Assembly: GCA_964556935.1 (NCBI GenBank) | Contig: CAZKXR010000001.1 | Span: 79,988-143,987 of the forward strand | DNA from: an uncultured Nitrososphaera sp. | GTDB taxonomy: Archaea > Thermoproteota > Nitrososphaeria > Nitrososphaerales > Nitrososphaeraceae | Reading direction: 5' to 3' | Length of the DNA: 64,000 bases | Shown: one piece after another, positions 18,731 to 27,795 of the stretch | How the letters are laid out: each line of letters begins with the position of its first letter | Numbering within the stretch: the stretch's first letter is position 1 | The notes under the pieces: generated by a model | The model's database searches: none | What the model saw: the letters and a program-made list of their open reading frames with translations, nothing else | What the model was told of the DNA's origin: nothing | Position numbers and translations under genes: made by a program

Positions 18731-18999
18731 ATCGTATTTAGTCTCCGAAATATATCACGTTATCAGCCACTAAAAGTTGTGTCAAATAGATACAAAAAAG
18801 AGGAAATTTTGACCTCGTCAGGTATATACTTTGCAGCCTAGATGCGAAATCTTTCCAAGATGACTAGGGAAATAATATTAGGTACGGACTTCAAAGATTG
18901 TGGGGCAGCACTTGTGGATATCCAATGTTCTCAGCAATCTCCAGGGTCGTTCGCGCCACGAATTGCTGAACACTTCAAAAATGCATTCCGGTGAATTAG

Positions 19000-19734
19000 T
19001 TGGCTAAACCATCCATACTTATTAGTCACAGTAATAAATTTGAACGCACACTGCGACTTCTTGTCCAATTCCTTCATGAGCTTGGAATCGAGCCGGTGGT
19101 GGTAGAGGACCAACCTAATCAGAGTATGAACCCTGATGAAAAAGTACAATTTTACCTCGGAGGAGTGGATGCTGTATTAATTTTTGCAACTCCTGACGAT
19201 GAAGTTCAAAATGCCGATGGAAACTATATGCAAGTGCGACCTAATGTTATCGACGAATACTCACGCGCAAAATCAGATCCGACCAAAGCTCATAAGATAA
19301 TATTCATGAAGGAAAGAAAGGTCAGACTTAATTCAAACATCAACCCTGCGTATATCTCATTTGAAGTGGAGAAGATCGACGATTCATTGCAGGCGTTAGC
19401 ACAGTTGCTTCGTGAGTTGAAATCAATGGGGCTCCTGACGGTAGTTGGTAGGGACATGCAAAGCAATTTAGAATTCTCTACTGACAAGAAAACCTATAGC
19501 AGAATCGAATCAATTATTATTTCAGGTCGGGTTAATCCTGTGATCGATTCTCCAATTTCTTTGCAACTTTTCTCTCCTAGCAAACTTGAATCGTTCCAAT
19601 TACCTCAAATTCAAAATGATGGAACTTTCAGCAGTCGCTTCGTTCTCAGGAGTGATGCTGTCTTAGGCACTTATACTATACAAGCTACTTATCTTGGGAA
19701 GAGTCATGATGCCCGAATCGAGGTGACAACATGA
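19000..19734 (+). CDS. TIR-like (CAP12/Pycsar-effector-type 'predicted nucleotide-binding' domain) protein with a C-terminal Ig-like beta-sandwich
   Basis: The N-terminal 120 aa read KPSILISHSNK..FLHELGIEPVVVEDQPN..EKV..AVLIFATPDDE..VRPNVIDEY..IIFMKE..ISFE. They align by eye along the TIR-like family consensus (VFIvHG..fLe.lGlepiiL.eqpn..EKf..AvvLlTpDD..R.NVifE.G..yi.f). The C-terminus (GRVNP..DGTFSSRF..GTYTIQATYLG..IEV) looks Ig-like. TTG start immediately after an in-frame stop. Confidence 0.6.
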   Translation: MAKPSILISHSNKFERTLRLLVQFLHELGIEPVVVEDQPNQSMNPDEKVQFYLGGVDAVLIFATPDDEVQNADGNYMQVRPNVIDEYSRAKSDPTKAHKIIFMKERKVRLNSNINPAYISFEVEKIDDSLQALAQLLRELKSMGLLTVVGRDMQSNLEFSTDKKTYSRIESIIISGRVNPVIDSPISLQLFSPSKLESFQLPQIQNDGTFSSRFVLRSDAVLGTYTIQATYLGKSHDARIEVTT

Positions 19735-21170
19735 ATCCAAAAGCGAATATCCATGTTGGCAACATACTTATTCATCTACCTGATGGAACTATTGATTTCA
19801 TAGACGGAAAGCTTACCAATGGACGTGTAATTCGAGGCACCACAAAACCTGTATTCGCAAGTATCGTTTTCGAGGTTGCAACAAAAATAGATGGAGATGG
19901 ATCATTGGTTCTTCATCTGCCGCGCTGGCTAATCGATGCCAGAAAGAAAAACGATGACGATGATTTCATAGTATTTGTGGACGGCAAACAAGTGGAAGCA
20001 CAAGAAACAGCAAGAAGTGAAGAATTAAGGATAATAGAGATAAAAGTTCCCGCTGGGTCAAATACCGTAGAGCTTATAGGTACAAGATCCGCGCGGAAAA
20101 AGCCAACAGAGGAGCCAGAAGTGGAACTGGATAAGGAATTGATTGGTCCTCTATCGCAATTCATGATTACTGTGATAGATTCATTAGCCAAGAGGGACGC
20201 CAGTGACAGGGAGTCTGTTGTGGTCTTTGTAAAAACAGATGATGGTAAACAAGAGTTGGAGCTCAGGCTATATGAGAAAGATAGGAATAGTGGGCTATTT
20301 ACGGGCATGCTTAGACTAACTCCAAATCTCCGGCTCTTCCCGGGGGACCTCGAAGTAAAGCCCGGCACGCTCATTATGATAAGTTATGAAGGACAACAAT
20401 ATGACAAAACAGGGAATCTAAGGAATGTGACTGTTACCAGAGTGAGCGAGATACGGACCTTCAATCCAGAGTTCCTATTCGATAAGGATCATTATTCTAT
20501 CGGCGATCACGTATCGATTAAGATATCAGATCCAGATCGCGATATCCATTCGACAATAAGAGATACGATCGAAGTCAGGATATCTTCTACTTCAGATAAG
20601 AAGGGCTTAATCCTAAAACTTGTGGAGACTGGCTTATCCACAGGGGTTTTCGAGGGCACTTTCCGTCTCCTGTCAACCACTAATCCCTCTTTGAATTCGC
20701 TTAAAGTAGCAGATGGTGATCAACTTATAGTTCATTATTCTGATCCATATCCTGCTGACTACCAGGACACCACTTTGGGAAGAGAATTCATTTTTTCTAC
20801 AAATGTTGGTATTCAGAAACCTACGCCGTGGGAAGTAATTCTTTCTACTCCTCGTATAGTCGATGCTCGGGGGTTAGAACTCAACCACTTATCGCAAGGA
20901 CAGCTTATCATGGTTGAATCTCAAATAGAGAATGTAAAACATAGAGAAATGAAATTCGTATTGCTCTTGGAAGTTCGTGATTCTGAGGACCACACAGTAC
21001 ACATTTCTTGGACTGAGGGATCTATTACTGCTTCTGGTTTTACTAATGTAGGATTGTCCTGGACGCCACAAAGTACTGGTAGATTCGCCATTAGAACTGT
21101 AGTTCTAACTAGCATATCTAATCCTGTTGCGCTTTCACCTGTGCAAATAATTGATGTTAACGTGCAGTAG
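19731..21170 (+). CDS. Beta-sandwich repeat protein without signal peptide; paralogue of secreted protein 48182..49396
   Basis: The start overlaps the upstream stop by 4 nt (ATGA). It has two repeats with a D-P-D-x-D...E-T-G-x-S-T-G-x-F-x-G signature. The C-terminal domain shares EVRDSED..W..G..GLxWTP..G.. with the 48182 protein. Confidence 0.6.
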   Translation: MNPKANIHVGNILIHLPDGTIDFIDGKLTNGRVIRGTTKPVFASIVFEVATKIDGDGSLVLHLPRWLIDARKKNDDDDFIVFVDGKQVEAQETARSEELRIIEIKVPAGSNTVELIGTRSARKKPTEEPEVELDKELIGPLSQFMITVIDSLAKRDASDRESVVVFVKTDDGKQELELRLYEKDRNSGLFTGMLRLTPNLRLFPGDLEVKPGTLIMISYEGQQYDKTGNLRNVTVTRVSEIRTFNPEFLFDKDHYSIGDHVSIKISDPDRDIHSTIRDTIEVRISSTSDKKGLILKLVETGLSTGVFEGTFRLLSTTNPSLNSLKVADGDQLIVHYSDPYPADYQDTTLGREFIFSTNVGIQKPTPWEVILSTPRIVDARGLELNHLSQGQLIMVESQIENVKHREMKFVLLLEVRDSEDHTVHISWTEGSITASGFTNVGLSWTPQSTGRFAIRTVVLTSISNPVALSPVQIIDVNVQ

Positions 21171-21292
21171 TACGCGGATACGGTTGGCACTAAAAATTTT
21201 CGCGCGTTGTCATAAAGTGACGCCGCGCAACAATTTTGCGGGGTAATGTTTTTAAACTGTCGGTTTTATGATAACAACATCCAAAAAAATTG

Positions 21293-22639
21293 ATGGAAAA
21301 TTCCCAAGTCCAACTCGTACAAAAATCAGTACCGCCGCTGAATCGTTTTGTAACAGCGCTTGACATCAATAATCTAGTCGCACAGTATGGCACGCCACTC
21401 TATCTTGTTGACGAGGACACCCTGCACGCCAAAGCAAGAGAGCTCCACAGAGCCTACTCTAAATTCAGGGGGCCAGTCAAGGTGGCGTACTCTATCAAGG
21501 CGAACTTTACGCCCGCGATAATCCGCGCGTTCATGAAGGACGGACTGACGTTCGACCTGACTTCGCTTGGCGAGCTTCACTTTGTCAAGCAGTGCAAGGC
21601 TGATCCAGAGAACATCATCTACACCAGCGTCACCGAAGAGCCGGATGAATATCTGGAAGTCCTTCGCAGTGGAGTCCGAAGAATAGTCGTCAGCTCGCAC
21701 AAGGGCATGATGAATCTTGCCATGGCTGCAGGAAAGCTAGGTGTCAGGCCGATGACCATGATTCGAGTCAACCCCGAAGTCGGCGTCAAGGCCGAGGTCC
21801 GCGCGTCGTACAAGAACGGCAAATTCGGAGTTCCCTTCAATGGCGGAACCATCGATAGCGCGACCAAGATGGTCAAGCACATGATGGAAAGCGACCTTCT
21901 GAAATTTGAGGGATTTCACTTCCATCTGGGTTCACAGATCACGGACTTCTCCTGCTATACGCATGCGCTGGACAAGATGGATGCCTTCATGACCAAGATG
22001 AAGAAGGAGCATCCAAACTTCCATGTCAATACGTTTGACATTGGCGGCGGAACGCCGGTATTCTACAACGACCCAGTACCGACGCCGGCAGAAATGGCCA
22101 AGAACCACGTGGACAGGCTGGATCAGCTTGCAGAGAATCATGGCACTTTCACGCTGATGATCGAGTCAGGCCGCTTCCTTGTCGCTGAATCGTCCATCTT
22201 GGTATCAAGGATTGTAAATACTAAGGAGTACAACGAGCACAAGATAGTGATCGTGGATGCCGGCTACCACATTTTGCTTGACGCTGCACTACTCAAGCAG
22301 GAATACCCACAGGAGATAATCCCTGTCATCGACGGCAACGACAGAACCACAAGCCTGGCAGCACCAACCACGGTCAAAAACACACACCTTGCTGGAAGGC
22401 TTTGCGACACATACGACGTATTTCCGGTCTCCAAGGCTTCAGACCTCAACGGAGCGGATGTTGGCAAGTACGTCTCGTTCTACAACGTCGGCGCCTACTC
22501 TGTGGTGTTCAACATGCCCTTCCACTGCCAGACCAAGCCACCCATAGTCATGAAGGAAAGCGACGGCAAGTTCCGGCTGGTCAGAAAAGGCACGACCTAT
22601 CAGCAGCTTTACACAGAAGAAGGCGGAGATCTGGCCTAG
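21293..22639 (+). CDS. lysA: Fold-III PLP decarboxylase (Orn/DAP/Arg family), probably diaminopimelate decarboxylase
   Basis: YSIKANF (PLP lysine), FHFHLGSQI, DIGGG, CDTYD. ORF track 21290 is a TTG directly before ATG 21293. Substrate assignment is by family habit only. Confidence 0.65.
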   Translation: MENSQVQLVQKSVPPLNRFVTALDINNLVAQYGTPLYLVDEDTLHAKARELHRAYSKFRGPVKVAYSIKANFTPAIIRAFMKDGLTFDLTSLGELHFVKQCKADPENIIYTSVTEEPDEYLEVLRSGVRRIVVSSHKGMMNLAMAAGKLGVRPMTMIRVNPEVGVKAEVRASYKNGKFGVPFNGGTIDSATKMVKHMMESDLLKFEGFHFHLGSQITDFSCYTHALDKMDAFMTKMKKEHPNFHVNTFDIGGGTPVFYNDPVPTPAEMAKNHVDRLDQLAENHGTFTLMIESGRFLVAESSILVSRIVNTKEYNEHKIVIVDAGYHILLDAALLKQEYPQEIIPVIDGNDRTTSLAAPTTVKNTHLAGRLCDTYDVFPVSKASDLNGADVGKYVSFYNVGAYSVVFNMPFHCQTKPPIVMKESDGKFRLVRKGTTYQQLYTEEGGDLA

Positions 22640-22646
22640 TTTTTTT
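22640..22646 (+). terminator. T7 tract immediately after the lysA-like stop
   Basis: TAG is followed directly by TTTTTTT. Confidence 0.4.
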
Positions 22647-23041
22647 ACAGATCTCTTGACAACCTTTTAAGACCGTAGAACTATTCTGGTCGTTGCGTGC
22701 AGCTATGGCTGGATCCCAATAAGGTTTCGTTTCAAGATGCTATGATAAGGACTTGGCCTGCGAACGACTTGCAGCATAGGAACTTCAAAATTATGGCCTG
22801 ACAAACGGCGATGGAATCCACACCCGTTTTCGAAGTAGAGGTCTTAAACATGCGGAGCCGGCCAACGAAAATCATGTCGGAGAGAAGTGTAACCCAAAGC
22901 TCGAGGCCGCAGTATGGTTTGATAATTCCGGCAAAAAGGCAGTCATTGCCAGCCTTAGGATAAGGGAAGCCGCGCAGCTTGGTCTGGAACTGTTGTCTAT
23001 AAAAGATAAATCAAGATTAACAACCAGGTACTAGCGTACAT

Positions 23042-24370
23042 ATGACACGAAAGGCCATCATCATCGGTGCTGCGGGAAGGGACTTCCATAACTTCAATAT
23101 GTTCTTCAGGGAAAACCCGGGCTACCAGGTCGCTGCTTTCACGGCGGCCCAGATACCGTACATCGAAAACAGAGTTTATCCGGCTGAGCTGGCAGGCAGC
23201 ATGTACCCTGATGGGATACCGATTCACAGCGAGGAAAAACTCGAAGAGCTTATCAAACAGCATGATGTCGATGAAGTCTTTTTCTCGTACAGCGACATCT
23301 CGTACGAGAATCTGATGCACCTTGCTTCCCGGGCAATAGCCGCCGGCGCAGCATTCTGCCTGCTTGGCACGAAAGACACGCAGCTTGTATCCCGCAAGCC
23401 GGTTGTCGCCGTGCTGGCTACCAGGACCGGCGCAGGCAAAAGCACCATAGCAAGGATGGTGACTAAGGCCGCGCAGGAGGCAGGGCTAAAGCCGGCTGTA
23501 GTCAGGCATCCCATGCCGTACGGCGATCTCAGGGTTGCGGTACAGCACTTCAAAAGCTACGAGGACTTTAAGAAATATAACATAACAGTCGAGGAGGAAG
23601 AGGAATACTCTGACCACATCGGAAGGGGAATCGATGTCTTTGCCGGCGTCGACTACAAGCAGATACTTGAACAGGCAGAAAAGATCTGCGATGTAATAAT
23701 ATGGGATGGAGGCAACAATGACTTTTCGTTTTACAGGGCAGACTGTACCATCGTCGTGGCCGACCCGCTTAGAGCCGGGCATGAAACAGGCTACCACCCA
23801 AGCGAGGTAAATGTACGGCTGGCCGACGCCGTGGTGATAAACAAGGCCAACGCCGCGACTGCAGAGATGATAGAAAAGATCATGAAATCTTGCAGCAGGA
23901 TCAATCCTGAAGCCAAGATCTTTAAGGTGAACTCCGAGGTGACCGTTGACCGCCCAGATCTTGTCAGGAACAAGGCAGTGCTTGTTGTAGAAGACGGACC
24001 GTCAATCACACATGGCGAGCTTGGAGAGGGCGCCGGTGGTTTTGCCGCCAGGATGCTCAACTGCCGGCAGGTTGACCCACGGCCAAACGCGGTGGGAACA
24101 ATCAAGCAGGCATACGAAAAGTATCCGTGGATGGGTGCAGTCATGCCGGCCCTTGGCTACAGCACCGAACAGCTTGCAGAACTTGAGGCTAGCATAAACG
24201 CAACCAACTGCGATGCTGTGCTCCTGGGGACGCCGGCAGACCTGAGAAAAAGGATCAGTATCCGCAAACCCGCGGCAAAGGTTACGTTTGAAGGCAGGGA
24301 TGCCGGAGAACCGGCTTTCTCCTTGTATTTGAAAGAAATGTTTGGCAGGCTTAAAGGCGCCAGGGCCTAA
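23042..24370 (+). CDS. COG2403-type P-loop protein (cyclic 2,3-diphosphoglycerate synthetase-like)
   Basis: N-terminus KAIIIGAAGRDFHNFN and P-loop ATRTGAGKST; 442 aa. This matches my recollection of the cDPG-synthetase family. Confidence 0.6.
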   Translation: MTRKAIIIGAAGRDFHNFNMFFRENPGYQVAAFTAAQIPYIENRVYPAELAGSMYPDGIPIHSEEKLEELIKQHDVDEVFFSYSDISYENLMHLASRAIAAGAAFCLLGTKDTQLVSRKPVVAVLATRTGAGKSTIARMVTKAAQEAGLKPAVVRHPMPYGDLRVAVQHFKSYEDFKKYNITVEEEEEYSDHIGRGIDVFAGVDYKQILEQAEKICDVIIWDGGNNDFSFYRADCTIVVADPLRAGHETGYHPSEVNVRLADAVVINKANAATAEMIEKIMKSCSRINPEAKIFKVNSEVTVDRPDLVRNKAVLVVEDGPSITHGELGEGAGGFAARMLNCRQVDPRPNAVGTIKQAYEKYPWMGAVMPALGYSTEQLAELEASINATNCDAVLLGTPADLRKRISIRKPAAKVTFEGRDAGEPAFSLYLKEMFGRLKGARA

Positions 24371-24400
24371 CAATTTTAGCCCGGAAAGAGGCCATAAAGC

Positions 24401-24691
24401 ATGATGGAAGTAAATGGCAAGAGCCGCGCGCACATACTGGTCAGCGGCAAAGTGCAAGGAGTCTACTTTCGGCAGAACACACTGATTGTTGCTACCGAGC
24501 ACGGCGTCATGGGCTGGGTGCGGAATCTTCCGGACGGGCGAGTCGAAGCGATACTAGAAGGTGAGCAAGAAAACGTCAGCAAGGTGATTAAATGGTGCCA
24601 CAGAGGACCGCCGGAGGCACGCGTTGACGACCTGAACGTCAAATATGAAAAGTACATTGGCGAATTCAGGGACTTTACAATCACCGACTAG
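24401..24691 (+). CDS. acyP: Acylphosphatase
   Basis: VSGKVQGVYFR and GWVRNLPDGRVE signatures; 96 aa. Confidence 0.9.
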   Translation: MMEVNGKSRAHILVSGKVQGVYFRQNTLIVATEHGVMGWVRNLPDGRVEAILEGEQENVSKVIKWCHRGPPEARVDDLNVKYEKYIGEFRDFTITD

Positions 24692-25032
24692 CGGATCTTC
24701 TCATAGGCTTCTGCTATCATCTTCTTTATGTCTTCAGCTTCCTGCTGCGTCCTTATTATGGCTCTGGTTGGAGGGCTTGCCCTGCTGGATCTTATTTCAA
24801 TTGCCAGATGATCCACCGCAGGCTCGATGTCAAGAAAAGTGCGGAACGTCAGTGTCTTGGCGTAAACCACCCGATGCAGCCGCACTTCCTCTATCACGTT
24901 GGTACCAAGCGACGTGGCAAATTTCCGGAGATCCAGCATCACAGACTTGACAGGCTCATCCAGCTTCTCAAGGTGCGTTTCGAATTGGATCTTGCCGCCG
25001 GAAGGAAACAGGCCGAATTTCTCCATGCCCAA
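24688..25032 (-). CDS. Hypothetical protein (possibly DUF5655-like)
   Basis: 114-aa ORF, convergent with and overlapping acyP by 4 nt. Only a weak pattern resemblance. Confidence 0.45.
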   Translation of the reverse strand: MGMEKFGLFPSGGKIQFETHLEKLDEPVKSVMLDLRKFATSLGTNVIEEVRLHRVVYAKTLTFRTFLDIEPAVDHLAIEIRSSRASPPTRAIIRTQQEAEDIKKMIAEAYEKIR

Positions 25033-25051
25033 AATATCGGACGGCCAGTTA

Positions 25052-25864
25052 TTATATTCTGATCTTGATGCCGTTTCGCTTCAGGTATTTTTTGACCTTG
25101 TCGACGGTGGATTTTTCATAATGGAATATGGACGCAGCCAGCGCCGCGTCAACATCGGCCTTGGCGAATACTTCAAGCATGTGGCGCGGGCTGCCGCAGC
25201 CGCCTGATGCGATAACCGGTACGCTGGCTGATTTGCAGATGGCCCGGGTAAGCTCTATGTCGTAGCCGTTCTCGGTCCCGTCGGCATCGATGCTGGTCAG
25301 AAGGATCTCTCCGGCGCCGCGCGTTTCTACTTCCTGGGCCCACTTGGTTGCGTCAAGGCCGGTGCCTTGCTTGCCGCCGTAGATCATCACTTCAAACCAG
25401 TATCTGTGGCCCTTTTTGTCTTTGAAGGTCTTTTTACCGTCGCAGCCATCATCGCAATACCGCCTTTTTACATCGATGGCAACCACCACGCATTGCTTGC
25501 CAAAAATCTCCATGAGCTGGGTTATCAGCTCCGGGTTTTTGACGGCCGCCGTGTTGATGGATACCTTGTCTGCCCCGGAAAGCAGGATGTCCCTGGCGTC
25601 TTCCAGCTTGCGTATGCCGCCTCCCACGGTAAACGGGATGTCTATAACGCTTGCCACCTTCCTGACCACGTTCTTCATGGTGTCGCGGCCTTCCTGGGAA
25701 GCCGTTATGTCCAAGAACACGAGCTCGTCAGCGCCCTGCTCACTGTACTTTTTTGCCAGCTCCGCCGGGTCGCCGGCATCCTTTACATCGGCAAAATGTA
25801 CCCCCTTGACTACCCTGCCGCTGTCAACGTCCAGACAGGGGATTATGCGCTTTGCCAGCGTCAT
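25052..25864 (-). CDS. hisF: Imidazole glycerol phosphate synthase, cyclase subunit
   Basis: [23 protein letters not shown] and GGGIR motifs. Confidence 0.95.
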   Translation of the reverse strand: MTLAKRIIPCLDVDSGRVVKGVHFADVKDAGDPAELAKKYSEQGADELVFLDITASQEGRDTMKNVVRKVASVIDIPFTVGGGIRKLEDARDILLSGADKVSINTAAVKNPELITQLMEIFGKQCVVVAIDVKRRYCDDGCDGKKTFKDKKGHRYWFEVMIYGGKQGTGLDATKWAQEVETRGAGEILLTSIDADGTENGYDIELTRAICKSASVPVIASGGCGSPRHMLEVFAKADVDAALAASIFHYEKSTVDKVKKYLKRNGIKIRI

Positions 25865-26571
25865 GCTACGGCCTTCACCCTCTCAACGCTAACCTTGCCG
25901 TCATACATGGCCTTGCCCAGGATTACGGCAGAGCAGCCCACGCTTTTTACTCTTATGGCATCCTCAACGCTGGATATGCCACCACTGGCGATTATGCCGA
26001 CCCTGTCGCTGAATGCAGCGGCCTCTGCTAAAGTCGCGATGTCTGGCCCCTGCAGCGTGCCGTCGCGTTCTATGCTGGTGAGCAAAAACTCGTCAATTCC
26101 CATGGCATTGAACTGCGCCATGGCGTCGGCCACCTTGACGCCGGACGACTCTGTCCAACCCTTCACCATGACCTTTCCTTCAACCTGATCGATGGATATC
26201 ACGATTCTGCCGGGGTATTTTTTGGCCAGCTTTCTGACAGATTCCGGGTCGCTGTAGGCCATAGTGCCAATGACTACTCTGGCCGCTTTTTCAAGAGCCT
26301 CTTTTGCAGATTCGGCAGACCGGATGCCGCCGGCCACCTGCACGGGGATTTTTATTGCATCGGTAATCCTGGCAATGACATCGGCGTTGTTGCTTCCAGT
26401 CTGAATTGCGGCATCAAGATCCACGACATGAAGCAGGTCCGCGCCGGCCACCTCCCATTTCTTTGCCACCTCTACAGGATCTCTGCTGTAGACAACCTTG
26501 TTGGCCGGGTCTCCCTTAACTAGCCGGACGACGCTGCCGCCCATTATGTCAACTGCTGGTATGACTTTCAT
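25861..26571 (-). CDS. hisA: ProFAR isomerase
   Basis: [21 protein letters not shown] from the internal ATG at 26571, which overlaps the hisH stop (ATGA). The 70-codon 5' extension in the ORF track lies inside hisH and is Arg/Gly-rich junk. Confidence 0.9.
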   Translation of the reverse strand: MKVIPAVDIMGGSVVRLVKGDPANKVVYSRDPVEVAKKWEVAGADLLHVVDLDAAIQTGSNNADVIARITDAIKIPVQVAGGIRSAESAKEALEKAARVVIGTMAYSDPESVRKLAKKYPGRIVISIDQVEGKVMVKGWTESSGVKVADAMAQFNAMGIDEFLLTSIERDGTLQGPDIATLAEAAAFSDRVGIIASGGISSVEDAIRVKSVGCSAVILGKAMYDGKVSVERVKAVA

Positions 26572-27191
26572 TTCTTTGACTTTCTGGCCTCTTTGCACAT
26601 CTGGATAAAGTTCTTGATCATGGTAGAGCCTACTTCGCCGGACTTTTCCGGATGGAACTGCACGCCCACTAGGTTGTCCCTTTCCACGACTGCGGGGATG
26701 CTGACGCCGTAGTCCGATGTGGCTGCCACCAAATCCTTGCTGGCAGGGGCAGCCCTGTATGAATGCACAAAGTAAACCCATGAACCATCTTTGACGCCCT
26801 TGAGAAACTTGCTTTCAGCTTTTATCTTCAGGTTGTTCCATCCCATGTGCGGGATCTTGACCTTGCCTTTGGGAAGCATGACCACGTCTCCATCAAGTAT
26901 TTTCAGGCCGGGCAGCTTGCCTTCCTCGCTTCTGTTGAAAAGCATCTCCATGCCAAGGCAGATTCCCATGATGGGCATTCCGTGGTTCATGGCCTCTGAA
27001 AGCTTGCCTGCCTCCTTTTCGATGGATCTGATGGCAGGATCAAAATTTCCGACACCGGGCAGCACCAACCCGTCGTATTTGTCCAGATCTTTCATGTCAT
27101 GGATTATCTCAGCCTTGGCGCCGTTTCTCTGCAATGCTGCCTTTAGACTGAACAGGTTGCCTGCCCCGTAGTCGAATATGGCTATCTTCAT
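26568..27191 (-). CDS. hisH: Imidazole glycerol phosphate synthase, glutamine amidotransferase subunit
   Basis: IAIFDYGAGNL, GICLGMEML (catalytic Cys), FHPEKSG. Confidence 0.95.
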   Translation of the reverse strand: MKIAIFDYGAGNLFSLKAALQRNGAKAEIIHDMKDLDKYDGLVLPGVGNFDPAIRSIEKEAGKLSEAMNHGMPIMGICLGMEMLFNRSEEGKLPGLKILDGDVVMLPKGKVKIPHMGWNNLKIKAESKFLKGVKDGSWVYFVHSYRAAPASKDLVAATSDYGVSIPAVVERDNLVGVQFHPEKSGEVGSTMIKNFIQMCKEARKSKK

Positions 27192-27785
27192 CTACATCGC
27201 ACCTTTGGTGCTTGGAACCCCTTTTCTCTTGCTGTCTGTGCCTGATGCCGCTCTCAGCGCGACGGCAAAGGCCTTGAGGGCTGCCTCTACCTTGTGGTGA
27301 TCGTTATCCCCGTACTCCACTATCACATGGGTGCATGCATTGAGGTTCTGCATCAGTGACCTGACAAAATGTTCAAGGTCCTCCCTTGGAAGGCCCTCTA
27401 TGCTGTCGCGGACAAGCTTAAGCTCTGTCTTGTGGAACTGCCGCTTGACCAGGTCTATTGCTGAATACGCCAGCGATTCGTCCATCGGAACCATGGCTGA
27501 GCCAAACCTTGTAATCCTTGATCTGTCGCCCAAAGCCTTGTCGATCGTTTGCGAGAGCGCAATTGCCACATCCTCTACAAGGTGGTGCAGTATCCCGTCG
27601 CTGGACTTGCCAGTAAGGGTAATGTCCATCATGGAATGCTTGCCTATGGAAGTTACAAGATGATCTATAAACGGAATACCTGTGTTGACAGCCGTGTTGC
27701 CGCTGCCGTCAATGTCGACCTCTACGGTGACCGCTGTCTCTTTTGTAACCCTCTCTAGCTTCGCGGTCCTTTTCACTGCTGCCAA
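27192..27785 (-). CDS. hisB: Imidazoleglycerol-phosphate dehydratase
   Basis: RVTKET, IDHLV..., HHLVEDVAIAL and DNDHHKVEA metal-binding histidine motifs. Confidence 0.95.
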   Translation of the reverse strand: MAAVKRTAKLERVTKETAVTVEVDIDGSGNTAVNTGIPFIDHLVTSIGKHSMMDITLTGKSSDGILHHLVEDVAIALSQTIDKALGDRSRITRFGSAMVPMDESLAYSAIDLVKRQFHKTELKLVRDSIEGLPREDLEHFVRSLMQNLNACTHVIVEYGDNDHHKVEAALKAFAVALRAASGTDSKRKGVPSTKGAM

Positions 27786-27795
27786 GTGTACAGGT

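Noticed and set aside
25367-26188. Long antisense ORFs opposite well-supported genes. Examples: 25367..26188 and 25416..25892 opposite hisF/hisA, 28384..29028 opposite HAD/hisC, 31049..31639 opposite hisG, 3318..3827 and 4161..4676 opposite guaA, 39284..40067 opposite amt, 61538..62031 opposite the S8 protease.
   Set aside because: Their translations are low-complexity (Ser/Ala/Leu/Arg/Pro-rich) with no motifs. They lie entirely inside genes with unambiguous family signatures on the other strand. These are typical shadow ORFs of moderately GC-rich coding DNA.
25861-26781. 5'-extended ORF-track models: hisA to 26781, pheA to 15822, 10713..11213, PQQ dehydrogenase to 34628, CBS protein from 34423, 41777..42283, 43357..43875.
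   Set aside because: The extensions overlap neighbouring genes or promoter elements and encode junk-like sequence. Internal starts restore family-typical N-termini and the compact spacing seen elsewhere in the window.
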